A stretch of DNA of 64,000 nucleotides from an uncultured Verrucomicrobiae bacterium (GTDB lineage: Bacteria > Verrucomicrobiota > Verrucomicrobiia > Chthoniobacterales > UBA10450). This document shows positions 49,824 to 58,616 of the stretch, one piece after another. Position 1 is the stretch's first letter, and each line of letters starts with the position of its first letter. The DNA lies in contig CAVWFP010000002.1 of the NCBI GenBank assembly GCA_963754325.1, positions 970,521 to 1,034,520 on the forward strand, given 5' to 3'. The position numbers were made by a program, and so were the translations under genes. A model generated the notes under the pieces. That model searched no databases. It saw nothing but the letters and a program-made list of their open reading frames with translations, and was not told where the DNA came from.

Positions 49824-50426
49824 GTGAAGCGACTTCTCCTCGCGCTAACCTTGGCCTCGGTTTCTGGCTCTGCTTACGCTGGCTCGTTCGAAACCGCGCC
49901 AAATGGTCGCGACCCGCTGGAGCCGCCACGCTTCGAAGTAGCGTTCGAATCAGCCTACCTCATGTGCATCGCGAACAATCCGCACGGATACGAAGTGGCG
50001 GCCGAGTTTCTGACCGGAAGAATTCGCTGGGGTGTAAACGATGCCGACAATTGGACGCGCGGGTATCAGCAGTTTTACGTCACAGCGGAAGGCCAGGCGA
50101 TCGTGCGCGGCGTAGAGAATCACTACTTCGGATTAAACTTCGGAATGCGTTACAACTTCGTGCAACCAAACAGCCGCTGGAGTCCATACATTTCCGGCGG
50201 CCTTGGTCTCGGATGGATCGATAGCAACGCGGCCGTCGGCGGATCACAGGGACAGGACTTCACCTTTAACATCCTGAGCGCCGCGGGAATTTCCTATCGC
50301 ATTAACGATCAATGGAAAGTGGACGTCGGTATTTTGTGGGAACATTTTTCGAACGGCGGACAAACCGATCCAAACCCCAGCCTGAATCTGCTCGGCCCGC
50401 AGTTAGCCGTAAGTTATTCATTTTAA
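49824..50426 (+). CDS. outer-membrane acyloxyacyl hydrolase / lipid A 3-O-deacylase (PagL-like) beta-barrel
   Basis: Signal peptide MKRLLLALTLASVSGSAYA, alternating beta-strand pattern, C-terminal WEHFSNGG motif and terminal Phe. Confidence 0.6.
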   Translation: MKRLLLALTLASVSGSAYAGSFETAPNGRDPLEPPRFEVAFESAYLMCIANNPHGYEVAAEFLTGRIRWGVNDADNWTRGYQQFYVTAEGQAIVRGVENHYFGLNFGMRYNFVQPNSRWSPYISGGLGLGWIDSNAAVGGSQGQDFTFNILSAAGISYRINDQWKVDVGILWEHFSNGGQTDPNPSLNLLGPQLAVSYSF

Positions 50427-50436
50427 AGGACGCTCC

Positions 50437-51045
50437 ATGCCGGAAGAAAACATCCTGGTCGTTAGGCGAAGCCTTTTTGACGAGCTGGGCGCCTTTCAAG
50501 GTTTAAACTTCGAGCCGAGACGTTACCTGGAAGCCTTGTTATCGCGCGGGAATAACTTCTTTCTGCCCCGCGGCAAAGCGGAGACCGATCCGACGCACAA
50601 ACAGATCATACCCTACGTCCTGATCTCCTGCGCCGGGCGCGTGCTCTACTATGTCCGCGGCAAAAAGGCGGGCGAGCAAAGACTGGTTGCGAAAGGGTCA
50701 ATCGGAATCGGCGGGCATATGAACGATACCGACGAATCGCTCTTTGCCTGGGACGAAGCGGCCTATCGTGCCGGAGTCGAGCGCGAGGTCAACGAGGAGA
50801 TCAGGATTGATTCGCCGTTCGAAGACAAAGTCGTCGCCCTGCTTAACGACGACGCCACCGAGGTCGGCCAGGTTCACCTCGGCGTCGTTCATGTGTTCAA
50901 ACTAGCGGAGCCCAAGGTGGAGAAACGCGAGGCCATGATCACTAATCTGTCGTTTTTGACGCCCCAAGAGCTTGGGCAACGCCGCGAGACGCTTGAGAGC
51001 TGGTCCCAGTATTGTCTGGACGGATTGGACCGATTGATTCGTTAG
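50437..51045 (+). CDS. NUDIX-like hydrolase (tentative)
   Basis: 202 aa. GIGGHMND...GVEREVNEEIRI approximates a Nudix box. Confidence 0.45.
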   Translation: MPEENILVVRRSLFDELGAFQGLNFEPRRYLEALLSRGNNFFLPRGKAETDPTHKQIIPYVLISCAGRVLYYVRGKKAGEQRLVAKGSIGIGGHMNDTDESLFAWDEAAYRAGVEREVNEEIRIDSPFEDKVVALLNDDATEVGQVHLGVVHVFKLAEPKVEKREAMITNLSFLTPQELGQRRETLESWSQYCLDGLDRLIR

Positions 51046-51184
51046 GAACTGGAAATCTCGCCGGGACTCCGCAAGGCTGAAAACGTTGTCGAGGCCTTTA
51101 TGCCAAAGGCCTAGCCAACTAAACGGGTCGTTGACACAACGACCTCGCCAAGATGCGCTGCCTCTACCTTATTGAGGGTCAACG

Positions 51185-51652
51185 CTACTGCGGCGGCGCT
51201 TTCCAGGTGATGGTGAGATTGTCCACCTGCCATTTTCCGACCGGATGGGAAATGGCCAGCTCCATTACGGACGGTCCGCTCGGGTAATTCAGATGAGCCG
51301 TGAAGAAACCGCGCGGTGAAAAGAATTGGGACTCGAAGGTGATGCTCTCATCGATCTTAATCGGCTGCACCGGCGTGCCCAGTTCGGTGAGTTTCTGAAT
51401 CACCATTTGTTGCATCGACGGCGGGTAATCCAGCTTTGCCTGAGGCCCGAGGTTATTGGCGAAGAATGCGAGGTCATGCTTCACCGTCAGGTTTTCAACC
51501 ATTTTCCGGCCGAACGCACGGGCCTCCTTCTCGCTGGTATTTTTGGTTGAGAAAAGCCACCACGCGCCCGCGCCGAGAATGAGGACAAGAATAACGACGA
51601 TGACCAGGCCTTCACCGCGCCTGTTGAATTGGGAGACACTTTGCTTTTTCAT
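51185..51652 (-). CDS. hypothetical membrane-anchored protein
   Basis: 155 aa with one N-terminal TM helix (GLVIVVILVLILGAGAWWLF). No family recognised. Confidence 0.5.
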   Translation of the reverse strand: MKKQSVSQFNRRGEGLVIVVILVLILGAGAWWLFSTKNTSEKEARAFGRKMVENLTVKHDLAFFANNLGPQAKLDYPPSMQQMVIQKLTELGTPVQPIKIDESITFESQFFSPRGFFTAHLNYPSGPSVMELAISHPVGKWQVDNLTITWKAPPQ

Positions 51653-51662
51653 ATTTGTAATT

Positions 51663-51730
51663 TAACTCTGCGCCAGCGCTCACCCTCCTCCGCCTCTGAG
51701 ACGGCGGAGGACAAGTGCTAAACGTTGTCT
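51663..51730. repeat. single diverged copy of the 74-bp hairpin element (inverted relative to the 45153..45456 array)
   Basis: AACTCTGCGCCAGCGCTCACCCTCC-TCCGCC-tctgagac-GGCGGA-GGACAAGTGCTAAACGTTGT aligns over its full length with the reverse complement of the tandem unit. Its stem is different but still base-paired. Confidence 0.75.
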
Positions 51731-51737
51731 GTTTTTG

Positions 51738-52097
51738 TTAGTAACCGAAGCCGTAGGTCTGCTTGATCTGATTATCACGAATTAGAGCCGCATGGCTCTG
51801 TTTGCCCGTGTAGGCGCCGAAACGATTGCGGGCGTTGACCTTGAAATTAATCAGCCAACCATAAAAGTGCTGGCCATTCTTGCCGATGTCGACCGGCTTA
51901 GGCTCTTCGGTCCATTCGATCTTTGCGCTGTCAGCGTCGACGAGCGCGCTTTTCATCCAGTTATAAATCACTTCTTTGTAGAACTTCGGAAGAGGCCCGC
52001 AAAGACTCGGATCGGCTGGAACGCTTTCAACCACCAGTGGTCCAGCCAGGCTCAGACAGATCGAACAGAGAAAAAAGAGGATCGTCACCCGCTTCAT
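51738..52097 (-). CDS. hypothetical exported protein
   Basis: 119 aa with signal peptide MKRVTILFFLCSICLSLAG. No family recognised. Confidence 0.5.
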   Translation of the reverse strand: MKRVTILFFLCSICLSLAGPLVVESVPADPSLCGPLPKFYKEVIYNWMKSALVDADSAKIEWTEEPKPVDIGKNGQHFYGWLINFKVNARNRFGAYTGKQSHAALIRDNQIKQTYGFGY

Positions 52098-52225
52098 GCG
52101 CAGCCTCAGTGCTTAGCGAAGGCCGGCAGCGCTGTCAATGAATGGAGGGTCAGCCACGGTTACGGGCTGCGGCCCGCGCAGCCGAGGCTTTCCTTTTGGA
52201 CGCCAACTCTCTAAAGAGGTCGGCC

Positions 52226-53545
52226 ATGAAAAGCCGCATCATCCTTGTCCTGCTGATGTTAGCCGCGATGGCCCTTTCGCTTGCAACGAGCGGGGCCTCA
52301 GTGGAGCCGTCGCCTTCTCCCCCACCAGCGGCGGTCTTGCATCCAGACGATCCAAAATCTTTCGACCCGGCTGCGGCGACACAAGCGTGGCTCGATACCG
52401 TGCCGGCGGAAAAACGAAAACAATCGGACGAATATTTCGAAGGCGGATACTGGTTGATCCTTTGGAACTTCCTGATCGGCGCCGCGATCCTCCTTTTGCT
52501 TCTGGGGACGGGACTCTCGAGGAGATGGCGCGACCTGGCGGAGCGCTGGACGCGTTCGCGTGTGCTGCAGGTCCTCCTCTACAGCGTTCCGTTTACGATA
52601 GCGACCCTGCTCCTGGGATTTCCGCTCGAATTCTACCAGAACTTCATCCGGGAACATCAGTATCACCTCTCGAACCAAAGTTTCACTTCGTGGATGGGCG
52701 ACGAGTGGAAGAACGCGCTCGTGACCGTGATTGCGAACGCAATTTTTCTTAGCGCGCTCTACGCGGTCTTTCGGCGAGCGCCGCGGCTTTGGTGGGCCTT
52801 CGGCGTGGCCGTTTCGTCTCTTCTCTTCATTGTCGCCGTGATGCTCGCTCCAGTATTCGTCTCTCCGCTCTTCAACAAATACCAACCGCTGACCGATCCA
52901 GTGATTCGCGACCCGATATTGGCGCTGGCGCGGGCGAACCAAATCCCGGTCGACCAGGTTTACGAGTTCGACGCCTCCAAGCAGACGAACCGGGTAAGCG
53001 CAAACGTCTCCGGCGCGTTGGGGACAACGCGCATTTCACTGAACGATAATCTGCTGAAACAGTGCTCGTTGCCAGAGATTCGGCAGGTCATGAGCCACGA
53101 GATGGGCCATTACGTCCTCAATCACACCGCCAAATTGATCAATGCCTTTCTCATCGCGGCGTTGATTGCGTTTCTGTTTGCCCGGCTGCTCTTCGATTGG
53201 GCAGTAGGCAGGTGGGGCGATCGATGGGGAGTTCGCGGCATCGCCGATCCCGCAGGATTTCCCCTGCTCGCCCTGATCTTCACGCTTTTTTCATTCGTGG
53301 TGACGCCGATCACAAACACCGGCTCGAGGGTCACTGAACGAGAAGCGGACGCCTTCAGTATCAATGCCTGTCGCGAGCCCGACGCCATGGCGCAAGTCGC
53401 GCTCAAGCTGGGGAGTTACCGAAAACTCAACCCAGGACCGATCGAAGAATTTATTTTTTATGACCACCCGAGCGGACGTGCCCGGATTCGCATGGCCATG
53501 GATTGGAAGGCTGCGCAGGTTCCCTGTGGGAACTCTTCGCGGTAG
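52226..53545 (+). CDS. M48-family zinc metallopeptidase (Ste24/HtpX-like)
   Basis: HEMGHYVLNH zinc motif and several TM helices. ATG at 52226 (MKSRIILVLLML) within ORF 52142..53545. Confidence 0.8.
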   Translation: MKSRIILVLLMLAAMALSLATSGASVEPSPSPPPAAVLHPDDPKSFDPAAATQAWLDTVPAEKRKQSDEYFEGGYWLILWNFLIGAAILLLLLGTGLSRRWRDLAERWTRSRVLQVLLYSVPFTIATLLLGFPLEFYQNFIREHQYHLSNQSFTSWMGDEWKNALVTVIANAIFLSALYAVFRRAPRLWWAFGVAVSSLLFIVAVMLAPVFVSPLFNKYQPLTDPVIRDPILALARANQIPVDQVYEFDASKQTNRVSANVSGALGTTRISLNDNLLKQCSLPEIRQVMSHEMGHYVLNHTAKLINAFLIAALIAFLFARLLFDWAVGRWGDRWGVRGIADPAGFPLLALIFTLFSFVVTPITNTGSRVTEREADAFSINACREPDAMAQVALKLGSYRKLNPGPIEEFIFYDHPSGRARIRMAMDWKAAQVPCGNSSR

Positions 53546-53596
53546 GGCGGTTCACCGCATCGCCGCGGCGATAAATCAGTCGCCCTTACCTTACGT

Positions 53597-55282
53597 TCAG
53601 GGAGAAGCGAGCGGCCGCAGACGCCAGAACGTTTGCGGGCTTGCCGCTGTATCGCCTAACGATCTCGTAGCCCATGGAAAACTCTCAACCACGGTGGTTG
53701 AGACCGGATCCCAGTGAGCCAGATCGGTCGATCGCTCCAGGCTGTAGGTGAACCCGAAGAGGCTGCCGTAACTCAAAGTCGCCATTCCGCCGTTCACGCT
53801 GACCACGGAAAACGCTGGCGGGTAATCGCGCTCGGCCAGTTCGTCCGGATCCTCCCGCGCAGGAAGAAGAAACTCGAAGACCTCCGGCAGGCGCACTGAC
53901 CAGGCAGCTTCGTTGTGTTGCTGGCCGCAGCCGGCGACATATTCCACGTCATCGTTCACTGAATAATTCTGCGCCAAATGCGTGTCATACATCGCCAGGC
54001 AGTTATCGAAATCGCTCTGCCCTTCGGCTGTTCCCATGTCCAAATGAACTCGAAGCGGCTTTTTGGTCTCACCGTTGACCTGCGAGACGTAGTTAGGCGA
54101 AATCCACAGTGCCGGCGACATCGCGGCAATTTTGCCGAAAGTCGTAAACTCACGCCCCAGATAAAGCGAAACCAGTCCACCCATGGAGGAACCAATGGTG
54201 ACCGTGTTTTTGGCGTCGTTGAGGGTGCGAAAGTTTGCATCGATGTAAGGCCGCACGTTGTTAATCACGAAACTGGCGTAGGCATCGGCGCGGCCTTGAA
54301 TTCCCTGGTAGGCATCGTTAGGCGGTTGATATTCCGGGATGCGCGCACTGTCGTTGTCGATCCCGACAAGGATTGTCTCACGCATCCTCCCCGCCCCAAT
54401 CTCCTTGGTGGCCGTCGCGTCGGCGCTCCACGAGCCGAAGGGACCGCCGGGATCAAAAACATTCTGCCCATCGTGAAAATACACCACCGGATAGCGCCGA
54501 TTCACGTTCTGGGTGTAACCGCGAGGCAGATAAACGCGGACGGTGCGTCCGGGAATATTTAAGACACTTGAGTCTACGAAGTGGGTCAGGATCGCGGGCG
54601 CGGAAAACGTCGGCGGCGGTTGATAGGCGAAGACGTTTCCGTCTTCGACCTCGAAGTCGTCAATACTCGTCAGGTAATTTCCGCCACCGGGTGGATTATC
54701 GAAGTTTCCGTGACCGTCGCTGAAGACGAACTCGAAATTTTCTCCGGCCTGTCCAACGCCATTGATCTTAAACAGCGATTCGCCGGCCACGCGTCCGGAG
54801 CCGATCTTCGTCATGGTCGCGCCAACGAATGTGCCGCCATTGTTATAAACAAGATCGGCCGAACTCCACGAGCTCAGGTAATAAATGGTCTTACCGTTAT
54901 AAGGCGCGGCCGGTTGCGGAGTGATGGACTGAGAAAGCGTCGAGCCCAGGCTGGTCGCGTTCGCGGAATCGCACCAGCTGCCCTGAGCTGTCGAACGCTT
55001 GATATAGTGATACTGCAACGCCGCTCCCGCCTGGATGGAGATCTGCCCCGTCCAGACGTTGTTGCCTGTGTAGCGAAGCTTAATCGCATGTGTAACATCG
55101 TTGGCACCGAGATCGGGATGGTTGCCGGTGACAAAAACGCTATTGCCGAAGCCAACATCGCTAGTGATGGAGAAATTGACTATTTCCTTGTGCGGACTGC
55201 TGGCATGCGCGAAGCCAGCGGCGCAGAGGAGGAAAACAACGAATCGGGGGAACACGGCCTGATGATAGTCGATCTCTGACAC
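53597..55282 (-). CDS. secreted esterase (esterase D / enterochelin-esterase-like alpha/beta hydrolase) with an N-terminal CBM20-like module and a C-terminal beta module
   Basis: 561 aa with a signal peptide. The N-terminal FGNSVFVTGNHPDLGANDVTHAIKL...WTGQISI resembles starch-binding CBM20. Core motifs are YPVVYFHDGQN and GSSMGG (nucleophile elbow). Confidence 0.65.
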   Translation of the reverse strand: MSEIDYHQAVFPRFVVFLLCAAGFAHASSPHKEIVNFSITSDVGFGNSVFVTGNHPDLGANDVTHAIKLRYTGNNVWTGQISIQAGAALQYHYIKRSTAQGSWCDSANATSLGSTLSQSITPQPAAPYNGKTIYYLSSWSSADLVYNNGGTFVGATMTKIGSGRVAGESLFKINGVGQAGENFEFVFSDGHGNFDNPPGGGNYLTSIDDFEVEDGNVFAYQPPPTFSAPAILTHFVDSSVLNIPGRTVRVYLPRGYTQNVNRRYPVVYFHDGQNVFDPGGPFGSWSADATATKEIGAGRMRETILVGIDNDSARIPEYQPPNDAYQGIQGRADAYASFVINNVRPYIDANFRTLNDAKNTVTIGSSMGGLVSLYLGREFTTFGKIAAMSPALWISPNYVSQVNGETKKPLRVHLDMGTAEGQSDFDNCLAMYDTHLAQNYSVNDDVEYVAGCGQQHNEAAWSVRLPEVFEFLLPAREDPDELAERDYPPAFSVVSVNGGMATLSYGSLFGFTYSLERSTDLAHWDPVSTTVVESFPWATRSLGDTAASPQTFWRLRPLASP

Positions 55283-55308
55283 TCCGCGAGCCAGAGGCCG
55301 GCCGAATT

Positions 55309-57891
55309 TTACGGGTAGGTGGCGCGGTAGAATCGCCTGGTTAATCCAATGGCGCCGTTGTCGGTGTATTGAAATGTGCCGGTCGAATCAGCCGTGACCG
55401 AAGCGAGAAAGCCGAAAGCCGTCAGTAAATCCGGCGATACCTGCATGGTCACTGTGAGATTCGGTCTCGTCAGGCCGGTGATGACAGCCGGGCCAGTTCC
55501 GGAACGCGTGATGGATGTGATCTGGACCAGGGCCGGATCGAAAACATAACCCTGGGCGACATCGATCAAATTGAACAAGGAGCCCCCGATCCCTCCAACC
55601 GATGGCGAAGTGTTGGCCGGCTGCGTCAATGTCATGGTGCTTGCGGTCACTTCGTGCAGTCTGTTGTCCACCGGATCGGCTTCGCTGACCTGCGAGAGGG
55701 GAACATAAATTGTGATGGTGCCGTTAGGGCCAAGGGTCGACTGGCAATTGGCCGCGGGTAATTGCGAGTTGCCGGGATAAGTCAGCACGCCGCCGCCACC
55801 CACGAGCATGACGGCGTTTTCACCGACGAAACATTGGAGCGCAGCGCCGTTGTTCGACTCGGCATAGACGTGGAAGTTTTTGCCCCCAGTCGGATCGGTC
55901 AGCGACGGGACAAACCATTGCGTGGACCAAACGAGGTCCGTATCCGGATCCTGGGCCAGCGTCGGTGCAAGACTCAAGTTGTTCAGCTGCATGTCGATCT
56001 TGTAGCAGGGCGCTGAGGGTGAGCAGGGGCTCGAGGTGACAAGCGCAACCTGTGATGACAAAATGTCCAGCTGCGGCATGTTTGCGCTGCTGCTGCCGGC
56101 AGCCTCGTATTTTCCGTCGCCGGAAACGTCGGTCACGGTGTTGTAGGGGACAATTCCGGGAACGCTCACCGGCGAAGAAGCTGCCAGCAGCCCGGTGCCC
56201 CCGTTCTGGTGGACGTACATGGCGTGTCCGGCAGCCGAGCCGATGATATTGTTTGAATCAACATAGGCGATGTGAGCTTCGCCCTGAACACCGATGCGTG
56301 TTTGCAGATAATCGCCTAACGAACGACTGGAGAGCTGATTCTGGCCGCCAATCAGGCTTTGGACGGCGCCGCGGTGAACCGGATGCTCGGTCGCGAGGAT
56401 CGGCGCGGTGAAAACAGGACCGTTGGGATCGTGAGCGTTGAGCGATTGCGTCATCCAAACGCTCCAGGTACAGGTGTTGCAATCGTCCGGGCCATTATTT
56501 CCGCCGCTCGGCATATCCGGCGTTCCGTACCAAACAATGTTGACGCGGCCATCGTCGCCCGCATTGATCCAGGCGAAAACATTCTGGTGAAGCGTGCCCA
56601 CAGACGAACCGCTCGTGTCGATGGTCATCGGCGCCGACCACGTATTTCCCTCGTTGGTCGAGTAGGCGAACTTCAACTGCACATCTCCGGAGAGGGCAGA
56701 CCCGTTGGCAGGCGCTTGCTCCCAGACGGCATAAAGGTTCCCGGCCTTATCGATCGCCATGGTCGCAAAATCGCCGCCCGTCTTTTGTTGGGCTCCGAGA
56801 TCAGACACCAGGATATCGGTGCAGTTTAACCCCGTCGGGTCGGCCACATTCGGCGTGGCCACCAGATTGAACGCCACCGGAAAACAGCGACCAATTCGCA
56901 CCTGCTGGAGGTTCGCGGTGTCGTGAATGACATAGATATGCTTTACCGCTGTCGCTAATTGCGTGAAACCTCCCAAGCCGTCCGGCTGTCCGGTTTTCGT
57001 AGCGATCGGGCTGATCTCGTCGTTGCCCATGATGGCTTCGTCGCAACCCCCGACGGCGGTTATGTGATTCGGCGGACCGAAGGCGATTCCGGCCGTGCTC
57101 CCTGGCGCCCCGGTAATTGGCGAGCGATACATGACAAGGACGTTATTCCCCGGAAGCGAAGTTCCCGGACAATTCACACCACCCGGGCCGACTTCATCGT
57201 TCGCCAGATAAAGGGTGCCGCCATTGGTCGGGTCGCCGTCAACCGCATACCACTGGCGATCGACCACGGTGTCGGGAACGCCGCTATTGCTGCAGGTAAA
57301 GGTGGCGCCGAAATCGTCCGATCGCGATGTGCTGAAGTTTAACAGCGTCAGGTCATTGAAATAGAGATGGCCGACGGTATCGATTGCAATTTCGGTGTCA
57401 CCGCCGCCGTGGCAGGTCGTTACTTTTCCTTCGAGCGGGGCCGCCCCAACGACCCATTTGAAAGTTTTGCCGCCATCGAGCGAATGCCAGATCCAGCTCG
57501 TGTCCGCGGAAGCGGTCCCGGGAGCGCTGGTATAAATGCGATTGGGATTAGTCGGATCGATACGGATCGATTCTTCGAAGCCGGTGCCGCCGATTCCACT
57601 GATGACCGGGTGCCCGAAAGTCGGCGCATTAGCCGGCAAGGAAGCCGGCCGGACCGACGGATCCAACGGGGTGCGAGGTCTCGGGATGAAAATGTTGGAT
57701 GGCCTAACGACGACAAGCTTTTCTCGCCCGAGGACCGGGCCGGAAGCGAGCCGTTTGCTCGGAGAAACGCTCACGGCGCCGAGGGCCGTTCCAAGAACGA
57801 TGAGCGAGGCAGCCAGCGCAAAGCGAATTCTGTTTCTCCGACCCTTCCTCGAAATTTTTTCGATCATTCTCCCAGTTCTTTCAAGCCACAA
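55309..57891 (-). CDS. large secreted BNR/Asp-box repeat (sialidase-fold-like) protein
   Basis: 860 aa with an N-terminal anchor or signal. Asp-box motifs SLDGGKTF and STNEGNTWS. The start may be the ATG at 57867. Confidence 0.6.
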   Translation of the reverse strand: MWLERTGRMIEKISRKGRRNRIRFALAASLIVLGTALGAVSVSPSKRLASGPVLGREKLVVVRPSNIFIPRPRTPLDPSVRPASLPANAPTFGHPVISGIGGTGFEESIRIDPTNPNRIYTSAPGTASADTSWIWHSLDGGKTFKWVVGAAPLEGKVTTCHGGGDTEIAIDTVGHLYFNDLTLLNFSTSRSDDFGATFTCSNSGVPDTVVDRQWYAVDGDPTNGGTLYLANDEVGPGGVNCPGTSLPGNNVLVMYRSPITGAPGSTAGIAFGPPNHITAVGGCDEAIMGNDEISPIATKTGQPDGLGGFTQLATAVKHIYVIHDTANLQQVRIGRCFPVAFNLVATPNVADPTGLNCTDILVSDLGAQQKTGGDFATMAIDKAGNLYAVWEQAPANGSALSGDVQLKFAYSTNEGNTWSAPMTIDTSGSSVGTLHQNVFAWINAGDDGRVNIVWYGTPDMPSGGNNGPDDCNTCTWSVWMTQSLNAHDPNGPVFTAPILATEHPVHRGAVQSLIGGQNQLSSRSLGDYLQTRIGVQGEAHIAYVDSNNIIGSAAGHAMYVHQNGGTGLLAASSPVSVPGIVPYNTVTDVSGDGKYEAAGSSSANMPQLDILSSQVALVTSSPCSPSAPCYKIDMQLNNLSLAPTLAQDPDTDLVWSTQWFVPSLTDPTGGKNFHVYAESNNGAALQCFVGENAVMLVGGGGVLTYPGNSQLPAANCQSTLGPNGTITIYVPLSQVSEADPVDNRLHEVTASTMTLTQPANTSPSVGGIGGSLFNLIDVAQGYVFDPALVQITSITRSGTGPAVITGLTRPNLTVTMQVSPDLLTAFGFLASVTADSTGTFQYTDNGAIGLTRRFYRATYP

Positions 57892-58160
57892 TGATACTAC
57901 AAGGCGGGCGGACTTCTCAATGAGTACCTCGCCTGACGGCCCTCGCTCCGGCTCAAGACGAAGGAATCATGCGCTCGACATACTCTAACTGGCGCGTCCT
58001 GTGCGCGTTACGATCGTTCGCGCGCCCCCATCGCCAAAAATGAATCAGCGGGACCTTCCGATAAACCAATGGGGTCAACGCACAAAGATGAGAAGTCCAG
58101 CCGCTGCGATGGCCCACGGCAGGATTCACATTTCGTTAGGCTGCTTTACCGTCATTGTGC

Positions 58161-58616
58161 TCAGTCGCGAGAGGAACCGCAGGCCCGGTAAAGGATGCGA
58201 TGTTCGCGAAAATCCGCCAAAAGCTCCTTGGCCTGCAGAAGAAATTCGCCCCGTCGAAGGCAGGTTTCATCTTCCACATTGAACTTGTTTGTCGAAACCA
58301 GGCGCGGGTGCTTCAGCGGTCCCAGGTGACGGTCCCATTTGTTATGAATGGTTTCGACCACCGAAACCAGGGTGCGCCGGTGAAAGTGATATTCGCGCCG
58401 AATAACCTCGCTGCCGCGTTCAGTCGTCCAGTCGACGGATTGAATATCGTCGCCTCTCAAAAAGACCTTTGTCCCGACGCCGTCGGCGGAAGGTTCATGG
58501 CGCGCTTTTTCCAAACAGTTCAGGCCGCCAACTTCCTGCGACTCCTGCTCCGCTGCGCTCAGCCGCGCGCCGCTCAGAAGGCATCCAATTGCCAGACTCG
58601 CGATGAATCTTTTCAG
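58161..58616 (-). CDS. hypothetical lipoprotein, probable non-canonical CTG start
   Basis: The track gives 58161..58514 (TTG start). The same frame stays open upstream and encodes (L/M)KRFIASLAIGCLLSG..., a signal peptide with lipobox LAIGC. The only start-like codon is a CTG at 58616-58614, which overlaps the gltA stop as CTGA. Confidence 0.45.
   Translation of the reverse strand: MKRFIASLAIGCLLSGARLSAAEQESQEVGGLNCLEKARHEPSADGVGTKVFLRGDDIQSVDWTTERGSEVIRREYHFHRRTLVSVVETIHNKWDRHLGPLKHPRLVSTNKFNVEDETCLRRGEFLLQAKELLADFREHRILYRACGSSRD

Noticed and set aside
51081-51112. Possible third, partial copy of the 74-bp element (GCTGAAAACGTTGTC) next to an 8-bp hairpin AGGCCTTT-atgcc-AAAGGCCT between convergent genes.
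   Set aside because: Similarity is limited to about 12 nt. The hairpin is unrelated in sequence and lacks a T-tract. This is too weak to call either a repeat copy or a terminator.
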